Position numbers and translations under genes: made by a program
Shown: in pieces, positions 28,332 through 35,275 of the stretch
Numbering within the stretch: position 1 is the first letter of the stretch
Layout: the number at the start of each line of letters is the position of its first letter
Notes under the pieces: model-generated
Seen by the model: only the letters and a program-made list of their open reading frames with translations
Told to the model about the DNA's origin: nothing
Database searches by the model: none
Virus record (IMG/VR): IMGVR_UViG_3300023184_003735
Span: 60,184-124,183 of that record
From: a virus
Direction: 5' to 3' (one strand)
Length of the DNA: 64,000 nucleotides

Positions 28332-28562
28332 TTATTTCTTCTTGTCTAGTGTGGGTTCTTGCGGGTTGTCTAATTCATGCGGTTCAGCGAATCTTGCGTT
28401 GCCACCGATGCCTTTCCAACTGTCTTCTGTGAAGATTCTGATGGGTCGCCAGTATCGAGCAATGATATTGTTGATCACCACAAGTGCAATTACCACGGCT
28501 ATAAAGCCCAGTGCTGTCAAAATGCTACCGGCTAAAAATACTGCCGCTTGATCCATGTCCAT
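28332..28562 (-). CDS. Single-TM membrane protein
   Basis: SD AAGGA; N-terminal hydrophobic helix. Confidence 0.65.
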   Translation of the reverse strand: MDMDQAAVFLAGSILTALGFIAVVIALVVINNIIARYWRPIRIFTEDSWKGIGGNARFAEPHELDNPQEPTLDKKK

Positions 28563-28578
28563 ATGTTTTTCCTTTGAG

Positions 28579-28652
28579 TGGAGCGGGATAGCGGAATCGA
28601 ACCGCTGACACTAACTTGGAAGGATAGGGTAATACCATTTTACGAATCCCGC
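28579..28652 (-). tRNA. tRNA-Gly(TCC)
   Basis: GCGGGAT acceptor, CT TCC AA loop. Confidence 0.88.
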
Positions 28653-28675
28653 TCTTATACATTACAATGTATGCT

Positions 28676-28751
28676 TGGTGCCCCCACCATGATTCGAACA
28701 CGGCACCTACTGATTACAAATCAGTTGCTCTACCGAATGAGCTATAGGGGC
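28676..28751 (-). tRNA. tRNA-Thr(TGT)
   Basis: ACTGA-TT TGT AA-TCAGT. Confidence 0.92.
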
Positions 28752-28757
28752 AAATTT

Positions 28758-28833
28758 TGGCTCTCTAGCGTGGGCACGATCCACGGACCTAACGGTTAAC
28801 AGCCGTTTGCTCTACCAACTGAGCTACTAGAGA
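28758..28833 (-). tRNA. tRNA-Asn(GTT)
   Basis: AACGG-CT GTT AA-CCGTT; GCCA. Confidence 0.9.
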
Positions 28834-29027
28834 ATAATTTCAACTGACTTGGCGTCTTGATCACGTATGGCCCACTCAGTGCTACCCACACGTATGTGTA
28901 GACAACAGGCCCCGCGTCGTAACACAGTCACAGTTCGTGTGGCAACAATGCCCATTTGCTGTAGTCGTTCGTTAGTGACGCCGGCTATCACAGCCTGGTC
29001 ATGCGTTTTTAAGTCGTTCAATGTCAT
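28827..29027 (-). CDS. feoA: FeoA-like SH3-domain protein
   Basis: MTLNDL...ERLQQMGI...VTVLRR...LHIRVGSTEWAIRDQDAKSV follows FeoA pattern. Confidence 0.7.
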   Translation of the reverse strand: MTLNDLKTHDQAVIAGVTNERLQQMGIVATRTVTVLRRGACCLHIRVGSTEWAIRDQDAKSVEIIL

Positions 29028-29033
29028 ATGCTT

Positions 29034-29123
29034 TGGCGGAGCGTTAGGGAGTCGAACCCTATCAACCACTTTCATGATTGTACGGATTAGCAATCCGCTG
29101 CCTTACCATCCGGCCCACGCTCC
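29034..29123 (-). tRNA. tRNA-Ser(GCT)
   Basis: TT GCT AA loop, long variable arm, GCCA. Confidence 0.9.
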
Positions 29124-29131
29124 TCTATAGT

Positions 29132-29160
29132 ATTATATAGTCAACGTGTGACCATGTCAA
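29132..29160 (-). promoter_or_regulatory. Consensus sigma70 promoter TTGACA-N17-TATAAT inside tRNA array
   Basis: Perfect boxes, just upstream of tRNA-Ser(GCT). Confidence 0.8.
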
Positions 29161-29168
29161 CAACAATT

Positions 29169-29253
29169 TGGTGGAGATGACTTGAGTCGAACAAGTAGTG
29201 CCAGGGGCGGCTGATTTACAGTCAGCTGGGGTTACCAATTTTCCTACATCTCC
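29169..29253 (-). tRNA. tRNA-Tyr(GTA)
   Basis: GCTGA-CT GTA AA-TCAGC; variable arm; ACCA. Confidence 0.9.
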
Positions 29254-29257
29254 AATT

Positions 29258-29332
29258 TGGTGGACCGTCCCGGGTTCGAACCGGGGACTGAGGCTTGCAA
29301 AGCCACTGTGTTCCCAACTATACCAACAGCCC
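29258..29332 (-). tRNA. tRNA-Ala(TGC)
   Basis: G3:U70, TT TGC AA loop. Confidence 0.9.
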
Positions 29333-29339
29333 AAATTTT

Positions 29340-29416
29340 TGGCGACCCCGAAAGGATTTGAACCTCTGACATTTGGTTTTGGAGACCAACGTTCTGCCGG
29401 ACTGAACTACGGAGCC
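29340..29416 (-). tRNA. tRNA-Trp(CCA)
   Basis: TTGGT-CT CCA AA-ACCAA; GCCA. Confidence 0.9.
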
Positions 29417-29437
29417 ATAACGCACTCTTGCGAATGC

Positions 29438-29520
29438 GTGTATCGAAGCACACCAAGGTCACAAACCCCGACCGTTCATGGCCGCACGAACCTTTTCGGT
29501 ACTGGTATGCTTCGATACAC
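29438..29520 (-). ncRNA. Long-stem multibranch RNA cassette
   Basis: 18-bp helix GTGTATCGAAGCATACCA/TGGTGTGCTTCGATACAC enclosing three small hairpins. Confidence 0.55.
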
Positions 29521-29610
29521 TCGGATTTTTTTATGTACAAGAACATAAGCCATCCCCGAGGCCGCCCATTTGCAGTTTTGAGTGTTGCAGGCTCGCGTTG
29601 CCTTGCACTA

Positions 29611-29645
29611 AATGAAAAACCCTGGAGTTTTAATTCCAGGGTCCT
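29611..29645 (-). terminator. Attenuator terminator 1 (CCCTGGA/TCCAGGG + TTTTTCATTT)
   Basis: GC hairpin + U-tract; its 5' arm can alternatively pair with the end of the leader ORF. Confidence 0.75.
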
Positions 29646-29671
29646 TGGTGTGAATACGGTTGTATACTATG

Positions 29672-29785
29672 TTAGGACCCTGTGTCTCCTGGAATGCTTG
29701 CTGTCAAGCGACCATAGACATGTGACCAGGCGGATGTCTGATTAAACATTGTCTTGGGTAGCGATAAACAGAGTTGCGTTTTCAT
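29672..29785 (-). CDS. Putative leaderless leader peptide 1 (37 aa, MKTQLCLSLPKTMFNQTSAWSHVYGRLTASIPGDTGS)
   Basis: ATG 7 nt after TATAAT; ends in antiterminator strand. Confidence 0.6.
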   Translation of the reverse strand: MKTQLCLSLPKTMFNQTSAWSHVYGRLTASIPGDTGS

Positions 29786-29792
29786 AGTATCA

Positions 29793-29821
29793 ATTATAGT
29801 TTATTTATCATCTCGTGTCAA
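29793..29821 (-). promoter_or_regulatory. sigma70 promoter TTGACA-N17-TATAAT with ATAAATA in the spacer
   Basis: Perfect boxes and spacing. Confidence 0.8.
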
Positions 29822-29865
29822 CCACGACATGCTCTTTCTGTGTTATTTATACAACACAGTTGAAT

Positions 29866-29939
29866 TGGATGCGGGTGACAGATTCGAACTGCCGATGCAC
29901 CTGGCTTATGAGACCGGTGTGGTGGCCACCCTACCCGCG
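29866..29939 (-). tRNA. tRNA(CAT), initiator-like (C1:A72) with shortened D-arm
   Basis: CGCGGGT/ACCCGCA acceptor, CT CAT AA loop, TTCGAAT T-loop. Confidence 0.72.
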
Positions 29940-29980
29940 ATAATATTATTTATAAATTATAAAACAAATAAAATTATTTG

Positions 29981-30835
29981 TCAACCAGGATACAAATTTT
30001 CTTCACTGTCAAATTTGTAGTCGTCTGGCAATACCACCTTGGTTGAGTGGTCAATCAACTCGGCTAACTGGGCGGTGGGTACTCCGGTGACTCTAATTTG
30101 TCTTCTCCTAGAGGTGCAAATTGGAACACCATGCAAAAAATAATCACTATGCAAGTATACCGGATCGTTTGTGGTAAACACTTTTTTGTTGTCATCTCCA
30201 TCCAGTGCCCACCATAGCGGAACACCGCCATCACTGATGTTTAATGCAACGATCACATGACCTTGCTGATATAATCCATTTTCGGCACCAGCATTTTTAG
30301 CGAAAGGCAAACCAGCATCAGCAGAATATCTTGCATCACGATGTATGTTACTGAAACTTCCTGGTGCCAAACTCACACAGTGTATGTTCACAATTCGTTT
30401 AAATGGCAATTGCTTCAAAATAAATTCTACAATTTTTAAATGTTTAAATTCGGGTTTTATTTTATAAAGTCTGTTCAAATGATGATTGCGCATGCAAGAC
30501 CCACCTTCTCCAGCATTACGTTTTACAAAATCGCTATCTGATTCAATAGTGATAAGTTCTAGCAGTTGATTCATTTCAAAGCCAGAAATCCCACGAATTT
30601 CTTCAGTGTATTGTCCAGAATTACCAATTTCTATCGACACGTTCATTTTATCATACAAGATTGGATCTATCATTCCCCATGCCCGATTGAGATTACGAGT
30701 ACCATCTAAAGTTTGCCGGCGTGTACATATAGAGTGCGAAGTTGGTAAAATATATTGGTCATACTCTTCGACAAAGAGTTTGTGGTCAAAGTCGAGATTG
30801 AGTTTTGCGTAAGCAAGATTTGCAAATTGGTGCAT
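29981..30835 (-). CDS. Hypothetical protein, possible 2OG-Fe(II) oxygenase/cupin fold
   Basis: HRD...LHGV...RRQIR pattern. Confidence 0.55.
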   Translation of the reverse strand: MHQFANLAYAKLNLDFDHKLFVEEYDQYILPTSHSICTRRQTLDGTRNLNRAWGMIDPILYDKMNVSIEIGNSGQYTEEIRGISGFEMNQLLELITIESDSDFVKRNAGEGGSCMRNHHLNRLYKIKPEFKHLKIVEFILKQLPFKRIVNIHCVSLAPGSFSNIHRDARYSADAGLPFAKNAGAENGLYQQGHVIVALNISDGGVPLWWALDGDDNKKVFTTNDPVYLHSDYFLHGVPICTSRRRQIRVTGVPTAQLAELIDHSTKVVLPDDYKFDSEENLYPG

Positions 30836-30912
30836 GTTTTTAGTAGTAGATATTTTGAAATCCAACAAGTGGAGTTTCTATTGAAAGTACTATATTTAGT
30901 TCAATTGATAAT

Positions 30913-32364
30913 TCATTGATCATGTTTTTCTAATTCGGGCACAAAATCTTTAAGTTTTACTCCACGACTATTATCAAGTACACGATTAAATTCAAAAAAT
31001 TTTTTTAAACTTTCAGTATCGGGTAGTGAATTTTTTACTTGAATTTCAATTCTATCAATTGTGGTTTTAAAATACTGATCTTGCTGATATCTCTTTAGTT
31101 GTTTGATCAACTGTAAATTGTCAAGAATTGTTTGTGGCTCGGGATGATTCCAAGGCGATTGATCAGGTTCTACGCCAGCAACAAGATTCATGGAACAATG
31201 AACTTTTAAATATTTGTCATCTAAGAAATTATAAAGATCAAACAGGTGTGCAATATTATAGATACTGATCACAGTATTGAAGTTTGCAACACGACCCATA
31301 TCATAAAGTGTAGCAACATTGCGACACCAGTTGTCCCATTTGATAGGCCATCTAATGTAGCGATTTAATTGATCAAATCCGTCTACACTCACACTAAATT
31401 CTAGATTAGGAAATTTGTTACAGTAGTCTAACATCTGAGTTGATAAGACTGATGCATTGGTGCTGACTTCAAATGCAATATCATTGCGTTGCTTTTCAAT
31501 GCATTGGTCAAGGAATTGAAAAAATTCCTTGTTTATAGTGGGCTCTCCTCCGGCTATTTGTAGACATCGCACATGGTCAATGTCAACGTGATCAAAAATA
31601 CCTTGTTTTTTGTGATTAGTATAGTTTGATAGACCAATTGCTCTATATTCTCTAGCAATGAGATGCGAATTGCCAGGAACACACATTCGACACATTGCAT
31701 TACAACGATTGTCTAATACCGCATATACATACAATGGTGAAGGTACAGTTGTTACATCTTGTTGCGTTTTAATATTAAACTTGCTACTCCAAGTTTGAGT
31801 AAAATTTTGTCTTTGACTGGTCATTCCTAGATCTTCTTTTTGCCAACAATGACTGCATTCATCAACACGTTTTCCCTGCAACATACTCTGTTTTACGGAC
31901 TGGCTCCATGATGCATCAAATTTATCAGATGGTCTTGATTGCATGTGACAGCAATGACTTTTTTGCTTTTGTGTTTGGTATAGCCCAACGAATGGTACAA
32001 TGCAAAAGGCTGGATTAGTATGTAATTCTTTTAGAATCCATGGTACCAAGTCGGGATTTTGATATTCCACTACAAAAGATTTTTGTAAGTCAAATATCAT
32101 GCTGATTGTTATTGCAAAATCTTCAGCATTATTGTAAGATTCTTGATCTTGATCTAACAATATAATTTTGCATGATTTACCATACAACAGGGTCTGCAAC
32201 TCAGCCGGTGTTATATCGTATATACTGGTATGATAGACACCAGAAGATAAGTTTGTATTTCGATCCAATACTAATTTATATTCAAGATCGTGTTGTTGTG
32301 CAATTTTTTGTGTAATTTTGTGTGCTATTTTATTGCCTGTGCCCACACATACAATTAGATTCAT
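30913..32364 (-). CDS. Radical SAM protein with N-terminal twitch/SPASM-like domain
   Basis: FCIVPF..HCC..CSHCW, CNAMCRMC, GGEPT, STNAS, SVDG..YIRW. Confidence 0.87.
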   Translation of the reverse strand: MNLIVCVGTGNKIAHKITQKIAQQHDLEYKLVLDRNTNLSSGVYHTSIYDITPAELQTLLYGKSCKIILLDQDQESYNNAEDFAITISMIFDLQKSFVVEYQNPDLVPWILKELHTNPAFCIVPFVGLYQTQKQKSHCCHMQSRPSDKFDASWSQSVKQSMLQGKRVDECSHCWQKEDLGMTSQRQNFTQTWSSKFNIKTQQDVTTVPSPLYVYAVLDNRCNAMCRMCVPGNSHLIAREYRAIGLSNYTNHKKQGIFDHVDIDHVRCLQIAGGEPTINKEFFQFLDQCIEKQRNDIAFEVSTNASVLSTQMLDYCNKFPNLEFSVSVDGFDQLNRYIRWPIKWDNWCRNVATLYDMGRVANFNTVISIYNIAHLFDLYNFLDDKYLKVHCSMNLVAGVEPDQSPWNHPEPQTILDNLQLIKQLKRYQQDQYFKTTIDRIEIQVKNSLPDTESLKKFFEFNRVLDNSRGVKLKDFVPELEKHDQ

Positions 32365-32374
32365 TATAAATTTT

Positions 32375-32766
32375 GCTCGGTTAAATGCTCTGACATCCCT
32401 CGGCGGTAATTATAGAGCATTGAGTGATAGTCTTTCCACTACACACCGCAACTTGTACTCCTTCCACCCGCTTCCCGACAGGGACCGTTCTCGTATTGCT
32501 AACGCCGGTTAGGTTAGACCGCATCTTTCGATGTGAGACTTATATTCCAAATCTCAGAACCACCCGTGCTTGTCACAGCACTTCTCATCGTCTGGGTCAG
32601 ACTATCCAGTGACGCTGGAACGTTAGGGAAGGGCTGGCCCCATAACGGGATACCACTTAGCCTTACTTATCTGTCGCGTTGGAGTAAGGCACCCTAATTA
32701 GGAGAGAAGCCACGGTTGCAGGACCTAGTGCCTTTTGCAAGGGAAGTATCCAGGCGGTGTGGCTTC
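32375..32766 (-). ncRNA. Candidate large structured ncRNA downstream of tRNA-Asp
   Basis: GC-rich, no credible ORF, several helices and a likely 3' pseudoknot. Confidence 0.5.
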
Positions 32767-32773
32767 AAAAACT

Positions 32774-32848
32774 TGGCGGTCCGAACGGGAATCGAACCCG
32801 TCTCCTCGCAGTGACAGTGCGAAATACTAACCGATATACTATCGAACC
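32774..32848 (-). tRNA. tRNA-Asp(GTC)
   Basis: TCGCA-CT GTC AC-TGCGA; GCCA. Confidence 0.92.
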
Positions 32849-32850
32849 AA

Positions 32851-33006
32851 ATGTTATAGTCAAGCACCGAGAATGCCAATTTATGCGTCCTCCGCTAAGA
32901 GTGCAAAAGCCGAATGCAGTTATATTAGGATCAGTCGCCGGCCGCTGTGACCCGAATAGTGTTGGCGTCCCATACACGATACCTTATCGATGCTTGACTA
33001 TAACAT
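32851..33006 (-). ncRNA. Long-stem RNA cassette
   Basis: ATGTTATAGTCAAGCATCGA/TCGGTGCTTGACTATAACAT 20-bp helix around ~115 nt. Confidence 0.55.
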
Positions 33007-33007
33007 T

Positions 33008-33132
33008 TACCATATAGAAGCACTCTCGCCAGCAGGCCTAGGAGGGGACTTGCACCACTGAAACTTTCGCATCTGCAGATACTAGGCTTCTTCTCCTGCT
33101 TTGACTTATGCCAAGAATACTTCTATATGGTA
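33008..33132 (-). ncRNA. Long-stem RNA cassette beginning at tRNA-Glu CCA
   Basis: TACCATATAGAAGTATTCTTG/CGAGAGTGCTTCTATATGGTA helix with G-U pairs. Confidence 0.55.
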
Positions 33133-33203
33133 CTCCGTGGGGGAATCGAACCCCTCCTTACCCGCGTGAAAGGCGAGTGTCCTAACCGATAGACGAACGG
33201 AGC
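33128..33203 (-). tRNA. tRNA-Glu(TTC)
   Basis: CTCGC-CT TTC AC-GCGGG; ACCA. Confidence 0.92.
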
Positions 33204-33212
33204 ATGTAGTTT

Positions 33213-33416
33213 TACATTGAGGAATCATTGTGGATCTTGTTCTGCTTGGCTTGCGAGGCCAAGTCACCACGATCATTACATCCAGACGATCCGCCGCTTT
33301 TCCGGATCACTTCGCAAGGAAGGAGAGCCTATTTCATGACTGATAGCAGATGGGCACCCGCCGATGCCGGATTCATCTCTACCAATGCCACTAACGGGTC
33401 TGGTAACCTCTTTGTA
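33213..33416 (-). ncRNA. Candidate ~200-nt structured ncRNA upstream of tRNA-Glu
   Basis: Nested helices CCAGAC/GTCTGG, GATCCG/CGGATC, CTTGGC/GCCAAG, terminal GAGG/CCTC. Confidence 0.45.
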
Positions 33417-33473
33417 TATTTTAAAGATCTGTTGCAACCAGTATCGATCTACTTTGTTGCTTTGTTAAGTTCT

Positions 33474-33502
33474 ATTGTAGCAGAGTTCCATTTATTGGTC
33501 TA
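33474..33502 (-). promoter_or_regulatory. sigma70-like promoter TAGACC-N17-TACAAT
   Basis: Variant of the repeated TTGACCAATAA..TGCTAyAAT motif. Confidence 0.55.
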
Positions 33503-33508
33503 GCACTA

Positions 33509-33541
33509 AATGAAAAACCCTCCAAATTGGAGGGCCTTTAG
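33509..33541 (-). terminator. Attenuator terminator 2 (CCCTCCA/TGGAGGG + TTTTTCATTT)
   Basis: Same architecture and tail as terminator 1. Confidence 0.75.
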
Positions 33542-33559
33542 TGATGTAGTACAAAATAC

Positions 33560-33637
33560 TTACATCCAAAGACCCTGCAGGCAATCGCGCTCGTGTTCTG
33601 AACGGAAAGTGTTAGCGATTGCGTTTATTGTCATCAT
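33560..33637 (-). CDS. Putative leaderless leader peptide 2 (25 aa, MMTINAIANTFRSEHERDCLQGLWM)
   Basis: ATG 6 nt after TACAAT; ends in antiterminator strand. Confidence 0.58.
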   Translation of the reverse strand: MMTINAIANTFRSEHERDCLQGLWM

Positions 33638-33643
33638 AGTGTT

Positions 33644-33672
33644 ATTGTATACGATTATTTATACTTTGTCAA
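33644..33672 (-). promoter_or_regulatory. sigma70 promoter TTGACA-N17-TACAAT with TATAAATA in the spacer
   Basis: Boxes and spacing seen directly. Confidence 0.78.
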
Positions 33673-34829
33673 CGAAAATAATTTTGGATTTTGCCAGATC
33701 TGCTGATGTCGTTTGTGACACAATGAATGCCGCAATCCCAGAAATATTTGTGACGGAACGGCACCACATGCACTTCGATGCCATGTCGTGCGCAGGCCTT
33801 CTCTACCTGGTCGTTGTGTGTGCTGACCACAATGTTCTTGGGATCCACTATCAGGATGTTGACGTCGAACACAGTTTCACTAACCTGTCCCACCCACTCG
33901 TCAAAGTAGTGATCCACCATGTGAACCAAGTTGTTGTCCTGTTCAAACCCGGGCATGAACCAACGTCCCTTGTTGCGTTTCATGGAGTACTCAAACTCGC
34001 GCATGTGTGCGTAGTTGCTGGGTGGCAGGTACACCACTTCCCAGTCTGGGAAGGTGTCAGCATAGGTGGGAACATCATTGAGGCTGATGATCAGACCCGG
34101 CGTCACTGGGCAATACACCGCATCACCGTGCCCACCTGAATTGACCACTCTATTTTGAGTTGTAGGAAACAACTGATTCACTTGATCTAGTATGCCTTGT
34201 TTGTCATCATGATAGGTTTGTGTGGCAAAGTACAAGTCCTCACCTATGCGACTCACAAAACAGCCGTTGATGAAATCAAGATCAGTTGACACAATCTCAT
34301 TGCCCTGCGCCTTGATGTCCGCAAACACATGAGAATAAAACCCCAACTTGGCGTCTAGATGCGCTTGATCAGTCTGATTGAATCTAGCAAACTTGGCCTG
34401 TACCTCTTCGGCAAACTCAGGATAGTCTGCATAAAAATCCGCAGGACGTATGTGGTCGTTCCACCAAGGCTGTTTGTTCTGTCGGTAAAACACTGACCAT
34501 GCATGACTGGCATTGGGAATTCGGGGAACCCAAAATCTGTCCTGAATCATCAAAAAGTAATCTCTTGGTGCTGTGGGCGGTTGCACCCACTTGTTATCTA
34601 TGTACAGTTGGGACAAGTCCGTGGGAAACTCCGGACGCATCACACGCACACCAAATCGATCTGTCAACAGTCGTATGAGTCGTTGATAGTCTTCTTCGGT
34701 CTCTTGTGCAAGAGTTTCAAAGCGTTCTCGGGTGGCAGAGTTCTTGATCCAACTGTAGAACTCTGGGGGATAAGTGCGACCCACTAATGAGACTTGTAGT
34801 GGATCCCAGTGTTGATATACTGAATACAT
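33669..34829 (-). CDS. Second amidinotransferase
   Basis: HWDPLQVSLVG, APRD, GHGD, ETVFDVN, CGIHCVT; paralog of 5469-6506. Confidence 0.82.
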   Translation of the reverse strand: MYSVYQHWDPLQVSLVGRTYPPEFYSWIKNSATRERFETLAQETEEDYQRLIRLLTDRFGVRVMRPEFPTDLSQLYIDNKWVQPPTAPRDYFLMIQDRFWVPRIPNASHAWSVFYRQNKQPWWNDHIRPADFYADYPEFAEEVQAKFARFNQTDQAHLDAKLGFYSHVFADIKAQGNEIVSTDLDFINGCFVSRIGEDLYFATQTYHDDKQGILDQVNQLFPTTQNRVVNSGGHGDAVYCPVTPGLIISLNDVPTYADTFPDWEVVYLPPSNYAHMREFEYSMKRNKGRWFMPGFEQDNNLVHMVDHYFDEWVGQVSETVFDVNILIVDPKNIVVSTHNDQVEKACARHGIEVHVVPFRHKYFWDCGIHCVTNDISRSGKIQNYFR

Positions 34830-34874
34830 AGATAGACTTTTTGATAGTCTACTATATATTGATATCGCTTTGGG

Positions 34875-35039
34875 TCAAGGCTTTTTGACTCGATTGCAAG
34901 CAGGATCTTTACAAGCAGTGATTCGTTTGCGATCACAGTCGGGGCAGTCTCGGATTCGGACCCAGTTGGCGGGCATGAATCTTATGACCTCATTTTTTCC
35001 GGGTTTGTCCTGACTGTCACATTTGGTAGCATGTATCAT
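34875..35039 (-). CDS. Small Cys-rich protein
   Basis: SD AAGGAG; CPDC..C..C. Confidence 0.45.
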   Translation of the reverse strand: MIHATKCDSQDKPGKNEVIRFMPANWVRIRDCPDCDRKRITACKDPACNRVKKP

Positions 35040-35094
35040 CAATGTCTCCTTGACATACATATACAACGTGTTAGCCCGCAAAAGGGTTGACAAG

Positions 35095-35117
35095 AGAAAC
35101 CCGCCGAAGCGGGTTCT
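35095..35117 (-). terminator. Terminator after tmRNA
   Basis: AACCCGC-TTCG-GCGGGTT hairpin + TTCTCTT. Confidence 0.7.
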
Positions 35118-35274
35118 GGTGATTTCTGTTACGAGGTATTTCCTACCCTAGGCCGCTCACGCTGCCAAAGAATAAACGCTATCGTTTGCATTTACTAGTT
35201 TTGCTTGATTTACGGTCATCGCCTACCGAGCGCCATTACCCCTACTCTTTGCCCTGTCGAAACTATGCAGGCCC
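35118..35274 (-). ncRNA. ssrA: tmRNA coding piece (two-piece, permuted); tag ANDSVYSLAA* at 35189-35157
   Basis: 5' GGGCCTGCATAGTTTCGAC; resume context GTAAAT-GCA AAC GAT; tag ends LAA-TGA. Confidence 0.9.
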
Positions 35275-35275
35275 A

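Noticed and set aside
29546-29610. GC-rich segment after terminator 1 resembling a c-di-GMP riboswitch or HDV-like ribozyme
   Set aside because: Could not build the required helices or consensus by eye.
26097-30020. Numerous 60-130 aa ORF-track entries across the tRNA array
   Set aside because: They are translations of tRNA or ncRNA sequence on either strand.
32375-32766. RNase P RNA or group I intron
   Set aside because: No GAGGAAAGUCC/P4 signature and no clear P7 core or exon context.
33510-34139. 209-aa + strand ORF
   Set aside because: Antisense shadow of the amidinotransferase and attenuator 2.
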